Assembly (NCBI GenBank): GCA_964434325.1
Contig: CAYSUO010000003.1
Coordinates: 7,701-71,700, forward strand
Length of the DNA: 64,000 nt
Direction: 5' to 3'
Source: an uncultured Ruminococcus sp.
GTDB lineage: Bacteria > Bacillota > Clostridia > Oscillospirales > CAG-272
In this document: piece after piece, positions 29,087-39,494 of the stretch
How the letters are laid out: the number at the start of each line of letters is the position of its first letter
How positions within the stretch are numbered: position 1 is the stretch's first letter
The notes under the pieces: model-generated
Told to the model about the DNA's origin: nothing
Seen by the model: only the letters and a program-made list of their open reading frames with translations
Database searches by the model: none
Program-made: the position numbers and the translations under genes

Positions 29087-32000
29087 TTACGTCGGGCTCT
29101 CCTTGTGCATTTTAAGCCTTCGGGAACGCGGGAGCCTTAGGCGCACGGTGCTGACCTTGACGGCTTCGCCGCCCGTTAGGGCTATCATTTTGACCGCGGA
29201 GAGGCTGAAATCGTTCGCATATATTTTGAGGGGCTTATCTATCGTGCCGCGAGCCAAGACCTTGACCACGGCGGTGTCATAGGGGACGAGCCCCTTCCTT
29301 TTCATCAGATTGACGTCGACGTGCTCACCCGCCGAAAAGGCGGCGCTAAGGGTATCGACGTTGACGACGGCGCGCCGCCTCCCGAAGGTCTCGACGCGCT
29401 CCGCGCGGCGGAGAAGGTTCTTGGCGGTGCCGTCCGAAATGAGTGCGTCGGCGCGGGAGACGTTGACGGGATCGCAAGTGGGAATAAGCTCACGCCCTTT
29501 TTCCACCTCGGCGGGGAGCGGGGAGGGTACGCTCGGCGCTCCGCTCTTCTCTCCCCTTCTCCATTCAATGGGTGGCGCGAAGGAAAGGTGCGGTCGCGGC
29601 GGAGAGAGTACGGCAAAGCTATGGGGCGCGGGGCTCGCCGCGAGGTGATACGAGCCCAGGACGCCGCGCCCGACGCGCCGCCGACAGAGGAGGCGGCGAA
29701 GTTTATCGCGCTTCAAGAGGAGGGCAGTCAGCGCCAAGGCGAGGAGGAGAACGAGCGCCGCCGCCGTGAAGATACGAAGCCTGCGCTCGGGGGAGAGGGC
29801 GTTCACGTATTCTATATCGCCGCCGCGGAGGGTCAGCTTATAGTTCGAGTCATTCGTCGTGCAGGTGAAGGCACCGTTTTCAACCGTGAAAACGAGCTCG
29901 GGCGCCGCGAGCCCTTCGGGAACGCCGACGAGCGAATAGACGGGGGAACGAGGCTCGTCGAAGCGATAGACCTTGACGCTATCCATCACGACGACTATTT
30001 CCGCGGGAAGTATCTCGAAGGTGACGACGGCGACGGGGCTCCCCGTTTCAAGGAAGGCGTAATTCGCCGCGTCCTTCATTGAAAGCGTTATATAATATTT
30101 GCCACCATCACGGTACAAAATCTTTGAATAGTTATATAAATCGGCATTTTCTATCGTGACGGGCAGGGCTTCTCCGTTATAGACGCGCGGCTCGGGCTTT
30201 GGGGTGGGAACGAGGCGCTTTTCGATGGTGAGCGTTCCCTGTGGGAGGCTCGGCGGCTCGTAGTTGACGCTATCGTAGGAGACGCGCGCCTCCACCGAAT
30301 AGATCCCCGTTTCGACGCGCGCGTTGCCGATGTAGGAGACTACCTCGACGCCCTCGGGAAGCCCTAAGAGCTCTATGCTTTTTTCGCTCCCGTCATAGAC
30401 GAAGGTGCCGCCGCTCCAAAAGACTCCTGAAGCGTCATACTCGGCGCGGGCGACGCTTATCGGCACGCTCACTGAAACGCCGCACGCCGAAAAGTTCACC
30501 TCCTCGTCCGAGGCGAGAAGCGCCTCGCCCGAAGAATAGTTTACGGCGACGAGCTCCGAGGAAATGGCGACGACGCTTCCGCTATTATAGCGAATATACG
30601 CCGAAAAATCGGACGGCGTGAGCCTTTCAAAGGCACGATAGCTTTTGGGAGCGAGCTCCACCGAAAGCTCCACCGCGGCAAGGGGAGAGACGGTGAGGAG
30701 GACGGGATCGCTCACAATCGCGGTATAGTTGCCGCCCCCGTCGCTTTCCGCGACTACGTAGTAGTTCCCCGCCGCGAGGGGCGCGAACACCTCGGACGTG
30801 AGCGCCGCGTCGGAGAAATAACGATACGTGACCGTCCCGCCGAGGGCGCTTGCGGCGAGGCGCGGGGCTTCCCCCGCGAAGCTTTCGGCGGCGGAGAGCT
30901 CGGCGAGCCAACGATTAGCCGCGGGTAGGACGGAAAAGGAACAGCTCGCATTCACCACGTAGTAGTCCGCATTTTGGCTGACCGCCTCCGCGACGTAGCT
31001 GCCCGCGTTCGTTGCCGCACCGATGACGCGAAGCTCGGCTTCGGGGGCGCGAGCCTCGGGGGCTACGGGCGAGCCCGTATACGAGGGCGTGAGGCCGCTC
31101 CACGACGCGTAGATACCGCGCGGCAGGACGGTGACGGCGGCGCTCATCGGGGGCGGGGCGCAATAGTTCGGGCTCGTGCTCACAAATTCGATGGTGACGC
31201 CGACGCGCCCCTCGGCGACGTGGGTGGCGCCGTTCAGGAAGCGATAGGAGAGGGCGACGCCGTCCGCACCGACGGGCATTTCGCCGAGGAGCTTGGGGTA
31301 GTGCGTCGCCCCGTCAAAGACGACCTCGACGTCGGAGAAGGAAAAACCGCCAGTGGGGTACGATGCGCGCTCGATGCACCACGCGTGCGGGGGCAGAACG
31401 GGGGGCTCGTAGTTCTCGCTATCGTAGGAGAGCGTCGCCGAAGCCGTGTAGCTCCCTGCCGCGACGGCGCTGGCGTCCGTATAGCCGAGCACGCCGACGC
31501 CTTCTGGCAAGCCCGTGATATGGACGCTTTTCTCACCGCCGTCGTAGACGAAGGTGGAGCTCGACCAAGCGGCGGAGCTCATATCGTAGACGGCTTTGCG
31601 AATGGTGAACTGCACCGTGCTCCCCGTCAAGGCGTAGTTGCCGTCGCCGCTCGTTGCCGAAGCATAAAATACGCCGACGCGCGTTTTCGCGCCCGCCACT
31701 TGGAGCGGTATTTTGTTGCCGCGAACGTCGAAGAAGTAGGCGCTCGGCAATTTTGCGCACCCGTCGTACACAAATTCGAGCGCTCCCCAGCTAACGGGGC
31801 GTTCAAGGGGGAGAATTTCAAGCGTGGCGGTGAGGGGCGCGGGGCTCAGGTAATCGCTCCCTGCGCTTGCAAATATAACCTGCACCGTATAGCTTCCGAC
31901 GTTTACGCCGCCGCCCACGACGCTCGCAGAAAGCGTCAGCCCGTCAAGTCCCGTTGGAAGCGCGCCTTTGAGGGTGAGCGTCTTCCACGCGCCGTCATAA

Positions 32001-34087
32001 ACAGCGGTGAGAGACGGGAGGGAGAGCTCGCTTACGTCATACACTATCGGTGAGACGACGACGGGGAGCAAGAGCTCCGCCGTTCCATAGCTAAACTTAA
32101 CGGTGCTATCGCCGACGCGAAGCGAGGAGCCGAGGCGATACGCCAAGGTCAGCTCGGATGGCGCGAGCTCCGCTACTCTACCGCTGTTATAGGACGCGAA
32201 GAAGCGCAAGCCCTCCGCATTAAAGCTATCGAAGGCGGAGTAATTCCTTTCGTATTCGCCATCAACGTATATCGAGACGAGCTCTTCGGGAAGCAGGGAG
32301 AAGCGCTGTGGAGCGGACTCCAAGGCGGAATAGCTCTCCGTTTCCGCCACGACGACGCGCATAAAATAGCTTCCTGCGGTGCTCGGCACGACTTCCGTAT
32401 AGACGCCATTCTCCGTCGCCGAGAAAAGATAGCTCGCACTGCCGAAAAGAGGCTTTGCGGAAAGGACGGGTGCCGCGCCCTCAAAGGCAGAGATGTCAGA
32501 CGGCGGAACGAGCCAACGATTTACCGCCTGCACTATCTCGAAGCTAAGCTCTATCTCGCTCGTCTCAAAGCCCGCGAAGCGATAATTATCGGGGTCACGA
32601 AGAGTCAAGACGACGGGATAGGAGCCGACGGCGACGCCGCCGACGCAAGAGACGGTGTAAAACGCTGACGCAGAAACTTCGGGAAAGAGCTGTGCCCCCG
32701 TATATTCCTTTGCCGCCACCGTGGGCAGTGCGACGCACGCCTTTTCAACGCTGACAAAGACCGCGCCCGTAACGACGCTTGCGAGATTTCCGTTATGTGT
32801 AAAGCTTAGTTTGCAATAATAGTTTCCTCCGTCCTTGACGGTACTAAGCGCGAGCTTGTCCGCACCGCCAACGTAAGCCCCGTTTTTATACCACTCGTAC
32901 ACGAGAGTGCCCTCGGAGAGCAGGGGGTGAAAAACGCTGTCAAGCGCGAGAAAATGCGTCTCTCCGTCATAAATGAAGCGGAGAGAGCGTAAGGTGTAGC
33001 TCGGCGGAAGAAGCTCGTGCCGCGAGTAGAGTGTTAAATCCGAGGTGACACCCGTGTCAAATTCAAAGGGCTCCTGACAGCTTGCGTCGCGATACCATCC
33101 GCAAAAGGAATACCCGACGCGCTCGGAGAGCTCAATTGGCGAAAAACGCTCGCCCGAAATGACGAGGCGCTGACCGACGGCGCCGCTTTCATCCATAAAG
33201 GTCACGCAAAACGGCAGGTAGACGGCGGCGAAGCTCTTTTCGTCCGAATACTTGCTCGCGGCGAAATAGCTAAGCTCTGCCCGAACGCCGTTTTTATCGA
33301 AGAGGCTTATGTCCGAAAGCGCGCTTTCGGTGGTTTTATAAAGCACGGGGGTGAAGCTCCCCGCCTCGAAGCTCTTTTCAATGCGAACGGTGGCGCTACC
33401 GCAAAAGGAGCTCCCGCACGAGGTCAGGGACACGGGGCAATCGCTCACGATATCGAACTCGGCGCCCGCGAGCTCGGGTGCGCCGCCGAGGGAGAGGCTT
33501 GTCCTATTAACGACGGCGGCGCCGAGCGCATTCTCCACTCTGCCGCCGAGAAGCGACACGCTACCGTAGAGCGCCGCGACGGTGCCCTCTGTGGCGGACG
33601 AGGTAAGCTTTCCGCTCAAAAGCTTGAAGCTTGCCGAGGCGGAATAGTCAAGGCGCACGGCGCTTACCGCCCCCGACGCCACCGTACTTTCAATTACGGT
33701 GAGGCTTCCGCTCTTCAAGCGAACGCCGCCCGCGCCTTCAAATTCAAGGTTTAATCCGTTAAAGACGACCTCGCCATCCTCGATGATGAGCTCGCCGCCC
33801 GAAAACGAGAGCTCCCCCGAGAGCGTGACGCTACGGGACACCGCGAGCGTTTCACTTGCCGTGACGCCCTCGAAGCGAACGCGCGATATGCCGAGGGGTA
33901 GAGCTTCAAAAATAGAGGATAGGGACGGGCGGGATATCGCCGCACCTTCACCGAGGTCAAGAACGTAGCCGTCCTCTTCCTCGCGCACGAGGACTTCACC
34001 TTCGGCGCTTGCGTCGACGCGGACGCCCGCGATGATGAAAGCCACCATGACGCCGACTATCATTATCACCTTCCAAAAGTTTTTCAT
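29087..34087 (-). CDS. large membrane-anchored surface protein (InlB B-repeat, Ig-like and MBG-like stalk repeats) with cytoplasmic uL15-like C-terminal domain
   Basis: signal peptide MKNFWK...VDASA; RVGYSFCGWY...DLTLY; repeated F/xYDG...GLPEGV...G.Y units; TM IFTAAALVLLLALALTALLL; terminal AVVNVDTL...VKVLARG...FSLSAVKMIALTGG. Confidence 0.85.
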   Translation of the reverse strand: MKNFWKVIMIVGVMVAFIIAGVRVDASAEGEVLVREEEDGYVLDLGEGAAISRPSLSSIFEALPLGISRVRFEGVTASETLAVSRSVTLSGELSFSGGELIIEDGEVVFNGLNLEFEGAGGVRLKSGSLTVIESTVASGAVSAVRLDYSASASFKLLSGKLTSSATEGTVAALYGSVSLLGGRVENALGAAVVNRTSLSLGGAPELAGAEFDIVSDCPVSLTSCGSSFCGSATVRIEKSFEAGSFTPVLYKTTESALSDISLFDKNGVRAELSYFAASKYSDEKSFAAVYLPFCVTFMDESGAVGQRLVISGERFSPIELSERVGYSFCGWYRDASCQEPFEFDTGVTSDLTLYSRHELLPPSYTLRSLRFIYDGETHFLALDSVFHPLLSEGTLVYEWYKNGAYVGGADKLALSTVKDGGNYYCKLSFTHNGNLASVVTGAVFVSVEKACVALPTVAAKEYTGAQLFPEVSASAFYTVSCVGGVAVGSYPVVLTLRDPDNYRFAGFETSEIELSFEIVQAVNRWLVPPSDISAFEGAAPVLSAKPLFGSASYLFSATENGVYTEVVPSTAGSYFMRVVVAETESYSALESAPQRFSLLPEELVSIYVDGEYERNYSAFDSFNAEGLRFFASYNSGRVAELAPSELTLAYRLGSSLRVGDSTVKFSYGTAELLLPVVVSPIVYDVSELSLPSLTAVYDGAWKTLTLKGALPTGLDGLTLSASVVGGGVNVGSYTVQVIFASAGSDYLSPAPLTATLEILPLERPVSWGALEFVYDGCAKLPSAYFFDVRGNKIPLQVAGAKTRVGVFYASATSGDGNYALTGSTVQFTIRKAVYDMSSAAWSSSTFVYDGGEKSVHITGLPEGVGVLGYTDASAVAAGSYTASATLSYDSENYEPPVLPPHAWCIERASYPTGGFSFSDVEVVFDGATHYPKLLGEMPVGADGVALSYRFLNGATHVAEGRVGVTIEFVSTSPNYCAPPPMSAAVTVLPRGIYASWSGLTPSYTGSPVAPEARAPEAELRVIGAATNAGSYVAEAVSQNADYYVVNASCSFSVLPAANRWLAELSAAESFAGEAPRLAASALGGTVTYRYFSDAALTSEVFAPLAAGNYYVVAESDGGGNYTAIVSDPVLLTVSPLAAVELSVELAPKSYRAFERLTPSDFSAYIRYNSGSVVAISSELVAVNYSSGEALLASDEEVNFSACGVSVSVPISVARAEYDASGVFWSGGTFVYDGSEKSIELLGLPEGVEVVSYIGNARVETGIYSVEARVSYDSVNYEPPSLPQGTLTIEKRLVPTPKPEPRVYNGEALPVTIENADLYNYSKILYRDGGKYYITLSMKDAANYAFLETGSPVAVVTFEILPAEIVVVMDSVKVYRFDEPRSPVYSLVGVPEGLAAPELVFTVENGAFTCTTNDSNYKLTLRGGDIEYVNALSPERRLRIFTAAALVLLLALALTALLLKRDKLRRLLCRRRVGRGVLGSYHLAASPAPHSFAVLSPPRPHLSFAPPIEWRRGEKSGAPSVPSPLPAEVEKGRELIPTCDPVNVSRADALISDGTAKNLLRRAERVETFGRRRAVVNVDTLSAAFSAGEHVDVNLMKRKGLVPYDTAVVKVLARGTIDKPLKIYANDFSLSAVKMIALTGGEAVKVSTVRLRLPRSRRLKMHKESPT

Positions 34088-34118
34088 AGTTACACCAGCT
34101 TTCCATATTTTACATTGT

Positions 34119-34147
34119 ATTTTAGCATACGAAAAAGTGCTGTGCAA
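34119..34147 (-). promoter_or_regulatory. sigmaA promoter of the uL15-domain surface protein
   Basis: TTGCAC-17 bp-TAAAAT with TG extension. Confidence 0.6.
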
Positions 34148-34202
34148 GAGGCGAGGGCGTTAAGATTTCAAGGGCTTGCGACGAAAGGAGAGCGCTTTTT
34201 TC

Positions 34203-34251
34203 AAAAAGAAAGAAAAAGCGGAAAACGGCGACATAAAATCCGTTTTCCGCT
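34203..34251 (-). terminator. terminator after trx-ftr
   Basis: AGCGGAAAACGG...CCGTTTTCCGCT stem followed by a T-rich tract on the minus strand. Confidence 0.65.
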
Positions 34252-34275
34252 ATGAATATTTCGGCGCGACACGCG

Positions 34276-34473
34276 TCACTTTTCTTTATAGTAGAGGTAG
34301 CAGTGGCAAAAGCCTTCGTAGTCGGGATCCGCTATCTGCTCGCGAAATTCGCGGCACATGCACTTGGTATCCTCGCTGCGTTCAAGCTTGCAGGGGCAAT
34401 AGCCGCCCGTGCGGCGAAGCCCCTCCTTGACTGCCTCGACGGTGGCACTATCGGGATTCAATTTTATCTTCAT
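34276..34473 (-). CDS. ferredoxin-thioredoxin reductase catalytic (beta) chain
   Basis: CPC...CMC...CHC cysteine pattern in 65 aa; GAAAGGAGAGG RBS. Confidence 0.88.
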   Translation of the reverse strand: MKIKLNPDSATVEAVKEGLRRTGGYCPCKLERSEDTKCMCREFREQIADPDYEGFCHCYLYYKEK

Positions 34474-34801
34474 TGCCTCTCCTTTCCTCCTCGGAATATT
34501 CCGCGATGAATGCGGAAAGCTCCGCCTTCGGCATATAACCGACGCGGAAATCGAGAAAAACGCCGCCCTTCAAGAGGGCTATCATCGGTATGCTTTCCAC
34601 GTGAAATTGGCGCGCGAGCTCGGGCTCGGCGTCCACGTTCAGCCTCGCGAATTTAACACTCTTATGCTCCCCTTCCAGCTCTGCGACTATCGGGGCGAGC
34701 ATGCGGCAGGGGCCGCACCACTCGGCGAAAATATCGATAAAAACGAGCCCTTGCGCTTCTTCGGCTTCGCGCTTAAAATTATCTTTTGTCAGCTCAATCA
34801 T
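34448..34801 (-). CDS. trxA: thioredoxin
   Basis: WCGPC active site, SIP motif. Confidence 0.92.
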   Translation of the reverse strand: MIELTKDNFKREAEEAQGLVFIDIFAEWCGPCRMLAPIVAELEGEHKSVKFARLNVDAEPELARQFHVESIPMIALLKGGVFLDFRVGYMPKAELSAFIAEYSEEERRGNEDKIESR

Positions 34802-34993
34802 TTTTTCTCCGTTTTTATTTCAGTTTAACACAAATTTTTCGCTTTGTCCATAGCTTTTTCAAAATTAACAGTTTTTTCAACAAAAGAAGGATAGTTTTTA
34901 ATAAATTGCGACTATCATATATACGGTATTATGAAAGGTGCGCATGCGCTCCACGCGTGGAGCGGGCGGGCGCCGCGTGTAAGTGGAGGCAAT

Positions 34994-35704
34994 ATGGAAT
35001 TTTACAGCACGAATATCACCGTGGACGTTCACGACGTTGATTACAACGGGGTTGCTCGGGCGAGCAGCCTGATGAGATACATTCAATCGGCGGCGCAATC
35101 GCAGCTGAGCGACCGCGGAATGTCCTACGACGAGCTTCGCAAAATGAACAGGGCTTTTATTTTGAGCCGCATAAAGCTGGAATTTACGGAGAGCGTTCAT
35201 AGCTACGACCGACTCACCGCCGAGACCTTTCCCTGCGAGAGCCGCGGCTACACCTTTTTGCGCTGCTACAAATTGAAGCGGGGCGAGAGGACAATAGGGC
35301 GCGGAGTTTCCGCCTGGGCGCTCATCGACGTTGAAAAACACTCGCTCGTCCGAGTTAACGATTTCGACCTCGGGCTTGAAACCTACGCGCCGCTTGATCT
35401 GACGCTGGGAAGGATAGCGCTCCCGACGAAGCTGGTGCGCCTCGGCGAATACACGGTGGGCTACGCGGACACGGACCAGAACGGGCACATGAACAACACG
35501 CGCTACCCCGATATGTTTTCAAGCTTTTTGCCCCTCGACGGGCGACGCATAGAGTCGATGACGATAGGCTACATGAACGAGGCACCCATGGGCTCGACGC
35601 TCACCGTGGAGGGCGGAGAGGCGGACGGGGCGCACTATTTCAGGACGCTTCGGGGCGACGGAAAAATAAACGCGGAGGCGGAGATACGCCTTTGCGATAT
35701 ATGA
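34994..35704 (+). CDS. acyl-ACP thioesterase
   Basis: double hot-dog pattern, DTDQNGHMNNTRY motif; GGAGG RBS. Confidence 0.88.
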   Translation: MEFYSTNITVDVHDVDYNGVARASSLMRYIQSAAQSQLSDRGMSYDELRKMNRAFILSRIKLEFTESVHSYDRLTAETFPCESRGYTFLRCYKLKRGERTIGRGVSAWALIDVEKHSLVRVNDFDLGLETYAPLDLTLGRIALPTKLVRLGEYTVGYADTDQNGHMNNTRYPDMFSSFLPLDGRRIESMTIGYMNEAPMGSTLTVEGGEADGAHYFRTLRGDGKINAEAEIRLCDI

Positions 35705-35737
35705 CATAAGACAACAATTCAAAAATAAGCAACCAAA

Positions 35738-35808
35738 AACGGTAGAAGCAGAGATTTTTCTTTACTTCTACTGTTTTTAGTTCAGCTTTACCTAAATGCG
35801 ACAGGCTC
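35738..35808 (+). repeat. repeat family A partial copy
   Basis: AACGGTAGAAGC...CTTCTACTGT...CCTAAATGCGACAGGCTC. Confidence 0.75.
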
Positions 35809-36043
35809 TTTTCGGAAAAGCGGCGTTAAAAGCTACTTACCCAAAAACTTGTTTTATTGATTTTTAACGGACAACCATTTGTTTATAGAGATAGCATCCT
35901 TGGCGCAAAAAGGCGCTTTGCGCGATATTTTGACCGTGCTTTCGACGTGCTTCGCGGCGGCGCTTTCGTATAATATTCAGAGCCCACTCCACGGAGCTTT
36001 GAAGTAAAGGCGGGGCGCGGCTTAGAGAGGAAAGGACGGAATT

Positions 36044-36343
36044 ATGGATATTGAAGAAAGAGACGGCGCGGAGCTGATAAGGCTGGAAACGAGAAGGCGA
36101 GGCGACGAGAGCTACGAATATCGGCTTTACAGCGAAAAGAGCCGCCGCGTTGCGAGCTTTGGGCTGACGCTATACTCGGTGGCGGTGACGCACGTGGCGC
36201 GCGACCGACGACGGTGCGGGGCGAACGTTATCAACGGCTTTTCGGACTGCCGCAAGGCGACGCGCTTTTTCGAGCGCCTTGTTGCGGAGCTTATCGGCCC
36301 GATGGCGCTCGGCTACGTATACGAGAGCGAGACGAATACATAG
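36044..36343 (+). CDS. small hypothetical protein (DUF6514-like)
   Basis: GAAAGGA RBS; LYSVAV...FSDCRKATRFFERLVAELIGPMAL resembles clostridial DUF6514 proteins. Confidence 0.55.
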   Translation: MDIEERDGAELIRLETRRRGDESYEYRLYSEKSRRVASFGLTLYSVAVTHVARDRRRCGANVINGFSDCRKATRFFERLVAELIGPMALGYVYESETNT

Positions 36344-36463
36344 CTTTAATGGCGGGAGCTAATAGTTCAGCTCAAAGGGAGAGGCGGTGCTTATCATTCC
36401 ACAAACTTCGACGGCGTTCAAGACCCCTTTGGTGATAAGGCGAGAAGCGCCCGTGACGCTCGC

Positions 36464-37279
36464 TCAAAGTATCGAACTTCGCGTTTTTGGCAGCTCCCTT
36501 TTGCGGAACTTCATTGCCGAGATACCGAGCTTTTGGGAGAAAAATTCGGAAAAATAGTTTTCGTTTTCAAAGCCGACGGAATAGGCGATCTCCTTGATGC
36601 TCATACGGCTTTCAAGCAGGAGCCTTTGGCTTTCCGCAAGTCTTTTGTTAAGAATGTACTGCTTCGGGCTGACGTGGAAAGTCTCCTTGAAATAGTTTGA
36701 AAAATACATGGTGCTTATATTCATAAGCGCCGCGAGCTCGGAGAGGGAGATGGGGGAGCGATAGTTTTCGTCGATATACCGAAGAACGCCCTCGAAGCGG
36801 GAGAGAGCCATACGCTCCGCGGAGAGCTCGGAGATAAAATCGGCGAGCAGCATATCGAGGGCGCCGCGAACGCGGAAATGCGCCCCGAGAGACGGGTCGG
36901 CATAGTTATCGACGACGGTCTTGAAAAGATATTCGCTGAGCTCGTTTGCCTCCACGGAATATTTGCCCGAGAGGTATCTATACAGCGACAGAACGGTGGA
37001 ATCCGACTGGAAATGGATATAGTACTTATTCATCTCGCCGACGATGGAGCTATCCTTGACGGAGAAGGCGGGGATAAAATAGACTCTGTTTGGAACGAGC
37101 TCTATCTCGCCGTCATAGAGGCGCATAACGGCGCTACCCTCCGTTAAAAGATAGAGCCTATGGCAACCTATTTGATGATGGCGATTGTTCCATTTTACGT
37201 GATTCCACTCTTCGCCTATGCTTCGGCGCTCGGCGAAGGCGACGGAATAGCTGTTGTTTTCAAAAAAAGCGTCTTGCAT
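36464..37279 (-). CDS. AraC family transcriptional regulator
   Basis: C-terminal LSELAALMNISTMYFSNYFK and IKEIAYSVGFENENYFSEFF double HTH; divergent from fucI. Confidence 0.9.
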   Translation of the reverse strand: MQDAFFENNSYSVAFAERRSIGEEWNHVKWNNRHHQIGCHRLYLLTEGSAVMRLYDGEIELVPNRVYFIPAFSVKDSSIVGEMNKYYIHFQSDSTVLSLYRYLSGKYSVEANELSEYLFKTVVDNYADPSLGAHFRVRGALDMLLADFISELSAERMALSRFEGVLRYIDENYRSPISLSELAALMNISTMYFSNYFKETFHVSPKQYILNKRLAESQRLLLESRMSIKEIAYSVGFENENYFSEFFSQKLGISAMKFRKRELPKTRSSIL

Positions 37280-37402
37280 ACTCACCTAAGTTTTGTTAAG
37301 AAATATGTGTATTTAACCTATTGCAAATATTATAAATCAAAACTATAATAAAATCAAGGCAAAACCTGAATTTCAACAAAATTTATATAAGGAGAAAGCA
37401 AA

Positions 37403-39208
37403 ATGGCAGAAAACAGGTACGTAGGCTCATACCCCGTTATCGGTATCCGCCCCATTATCGACGGGCGGCGCGGCCCGATGAAGCTCCGCGAGAGCTTGGA
37501 GGGACAGACGATGGAGCTGGCGCTTGCCGCGAAGAAGCTCTTCGAGGAAAATCTGTACTACTCCAATGGCGAGCACGTCAAGGTCGTTATCGCGGACACG
37601 AGCATAGGCAGAGTCCCCGAGGCGGCGGCTTGCGCCGACAAATTCAAGAAAGAGGGCGTTGAGATTACTCTCTCCGTTACTCCCTGCTGGTGCTACGGCT
37701 CGGAGACGATGGATATGGATCCGAACACGATAAAGGGCGTTTGGGGCTTCAACGGCACGGAAAGACCTGGCGCCGTTTACCTTGCGGCGGTGCTTGCGTC
37801 GCACGCACAAAAGGGGCTTCCCGCCTTCGGCATTTACGGACACGAGGTGCAGGACCGCGATCAGGTTGCAACCATCCCCGATGACGTCAAGGAGAAGCTG
37901 CTCCGCTTCGGACGCGCGGCAGTTGCCGTTGCGACGATGAGAGGCAAGTCCTACTTACAGATCGGCTCGCAATGCATGGGCATCGGCGGCTCGATAATGG
38001 ATCAGGATTTCGTTGAGTCCTATCTTGGAATGAGAGTTGAGTCCGTTGACGAGGTTGAAATACTTCGCCGAATGGAAGAGGGCATCTACAACGAGGAAGA
38101 ATACAAGAAGGCTCTCGCATGGACGAAGGAGCACTGCAAGATGGGGCGCGACGACAACCCCGACTTCGTTCGTTTCTCCGACGAGGAGAAGGAAAAGCAG
38201 TGGGAATTTACCGTTAAGATGTACTGCATAATCAAGGACCTGATGACGGGCAACAAGAACCTGCCCGCAGGCTTTGAGGAAGAAATGGTCGGGCACAACG
38301 CGATAGCGGGCGGCTTCCAAGGGCAGAGACAGTGGACAGACCACTGGCCGAACTGCGACTATCCCGAAGCTTTCCTCAGCTCCACCTTCGACTATCAGGG
38401 AGCACGCGAGCCGTACACGCTGGCGACGGAGAACGATATACTCAACGGGCTTGGAATGCTCTTTATGCGCCTTCTAACGCACCGCGCCCAGATATTCGCC
38501 GACGTGCGCACCTTCTGGTCTCCCGAGGCGACGAAGCGCGTTACGGGCTACGAGCTTGAAGGCCGCGCAAAAGAAAACGGCGGAATTATACACCTGCTCA
38601 ACTCTGGCGCCGCCTGCCTTGACGCTTGCGGCGAATGCACGGACGAGAACGGCAACGCCGTTATGAAGAAGTGGTGGGAAGTCACCGACGAGGACATCAA
38701 GAAGATGACCGACGCCACCGTTTGGTGCGAGGCGGGCTTCGACAACTTCCGCGGCGGCGGATTTTCCAGCCACTACACGACGCGCGCCGAAATGCCCGCG
38801 ACGATGATAAGGCTCAACCTCGTTAAGGGGCTCGGCCCCGTCCTTCAAATTGCCGAGGGCTGGACCGTTAAGCTTCCCGACGACGTTTCCGACACGCTCA
38901 TGGAGAGAACTAACCCGACCTGGCCCTGCACTTGGTTTGCTCCTCGCTGCGACGGCAAGGAGGGAAGCCCCTTCAAGACCGCCTACGACGTTATGAACAA
39001 CTGGGGCGCTAACCACGGAGCTATCAGCTACGGCCACATAGGTGCCGACCTTATCACGATGTGCTCCATGCTTCGCATCCCCGTTTGCATGCACAACGTT
39101 CCCGAAGAGCAGATATTTAGACCTGCCGCTTGGAACGCTTTCGGAATGGACAAGGAGGGGCAGGACTACCGCGCTTGCTCGACCTACGGTCCGCTCTACA
39201 AGAAATAA
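37403..39208 (+). CDS. fucI: L-fucose isomerase
   Basis: [60 protein letters not shown]. Confidence 0.97.
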   Translation: MAENRYVGSYPVIGIRPIIDGRRGPMKLRESLEGQTMELALAAKKLFEENLYYSNGEHVKVVIADTSIGRVPEAAACADKFKKEGVEITLSVTPCWCYGSETMDMDPNTIKGVWGFNGTERPGAVYLAAVLASHAQKGLPAFGIYGHEVQDRDQVATIPDDVKEKLLRFGRAAVAVATMRGKSYLQIGSQCMGIGGSIMDQDFVESYLGMRVESVDEVEILRRMEEGIYNEEEYKKALAWTKEHCKMGRDDNPDFVRFSDEEKEKQWEFTVKMYCIIKDLMTGNKNLPAGFEEEMVGHNAIAGGFQGQRQWTDHWPNCDYPEAFLSSTFDYQGAREPYTLATENDILNGLGMLFMRLLTHRAQIFADVRTFWSPEATKRVTGYELEGRAKENGGIIHLLNSGAACLDACGECTDENGNAVMKKWWEVTDEDIKKMTDATVWCEAGFDNFRGGGFSSHYTTRAEMPATMIRLNLVKGLGPVLQIAEGWTVKLPDDVSDTLMERTNPTWPCTWFAPRCDGKEGSPFKTAYDVMNNWGANHGAISYGHIGADLITMCSMLRIPVCMHNVPEEQIFRPAAWNAFGMDKEGQDYRACSTYGPLYKK

Positions 39209-39225
39209 TTCGCGCCGCGCGCGAT

Positions 39226-39348
39226 GAGGCTTTTGCATTTAGGCGAAGCCGAATGAAAAACGGTAGAGGCAGAGATTTTTCTCTGCTTCTACCGTGCTTT
39301 TTTTCAGAAAAATCAAGGTTAAAACCTACGGTTTTCCTGTTTTAATTT
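39226..39348 (-). repeat. repeat family A long copy (inverted)
   Basis: reverse complement aligns over ~120 bp with 6421..6541. Confidence 0.8.
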
Positions 39349-39494
39349 AAGGTTTCGTTTTATCGATGTTTCACAGCTCGACGTAACCTTGTCTATCGCT
39401 CGTCAGCCGTCGATTTCCACTCTAAATCCGCCAAGCCTTCGCGTGTGTCTCAAATTGAATTTTTAAGAGCCGCGCGATTTGGGAAAGCCGACGT

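Noticed and set aside
29087-29400. Calling the uL15-like segment a stand-alone rplO gene or pseudogene
   Set aside because: It is in frame with the large ORF, has no separate RBS/start, lacks the uL15 N-terminal extension and has no ribosomal operon context
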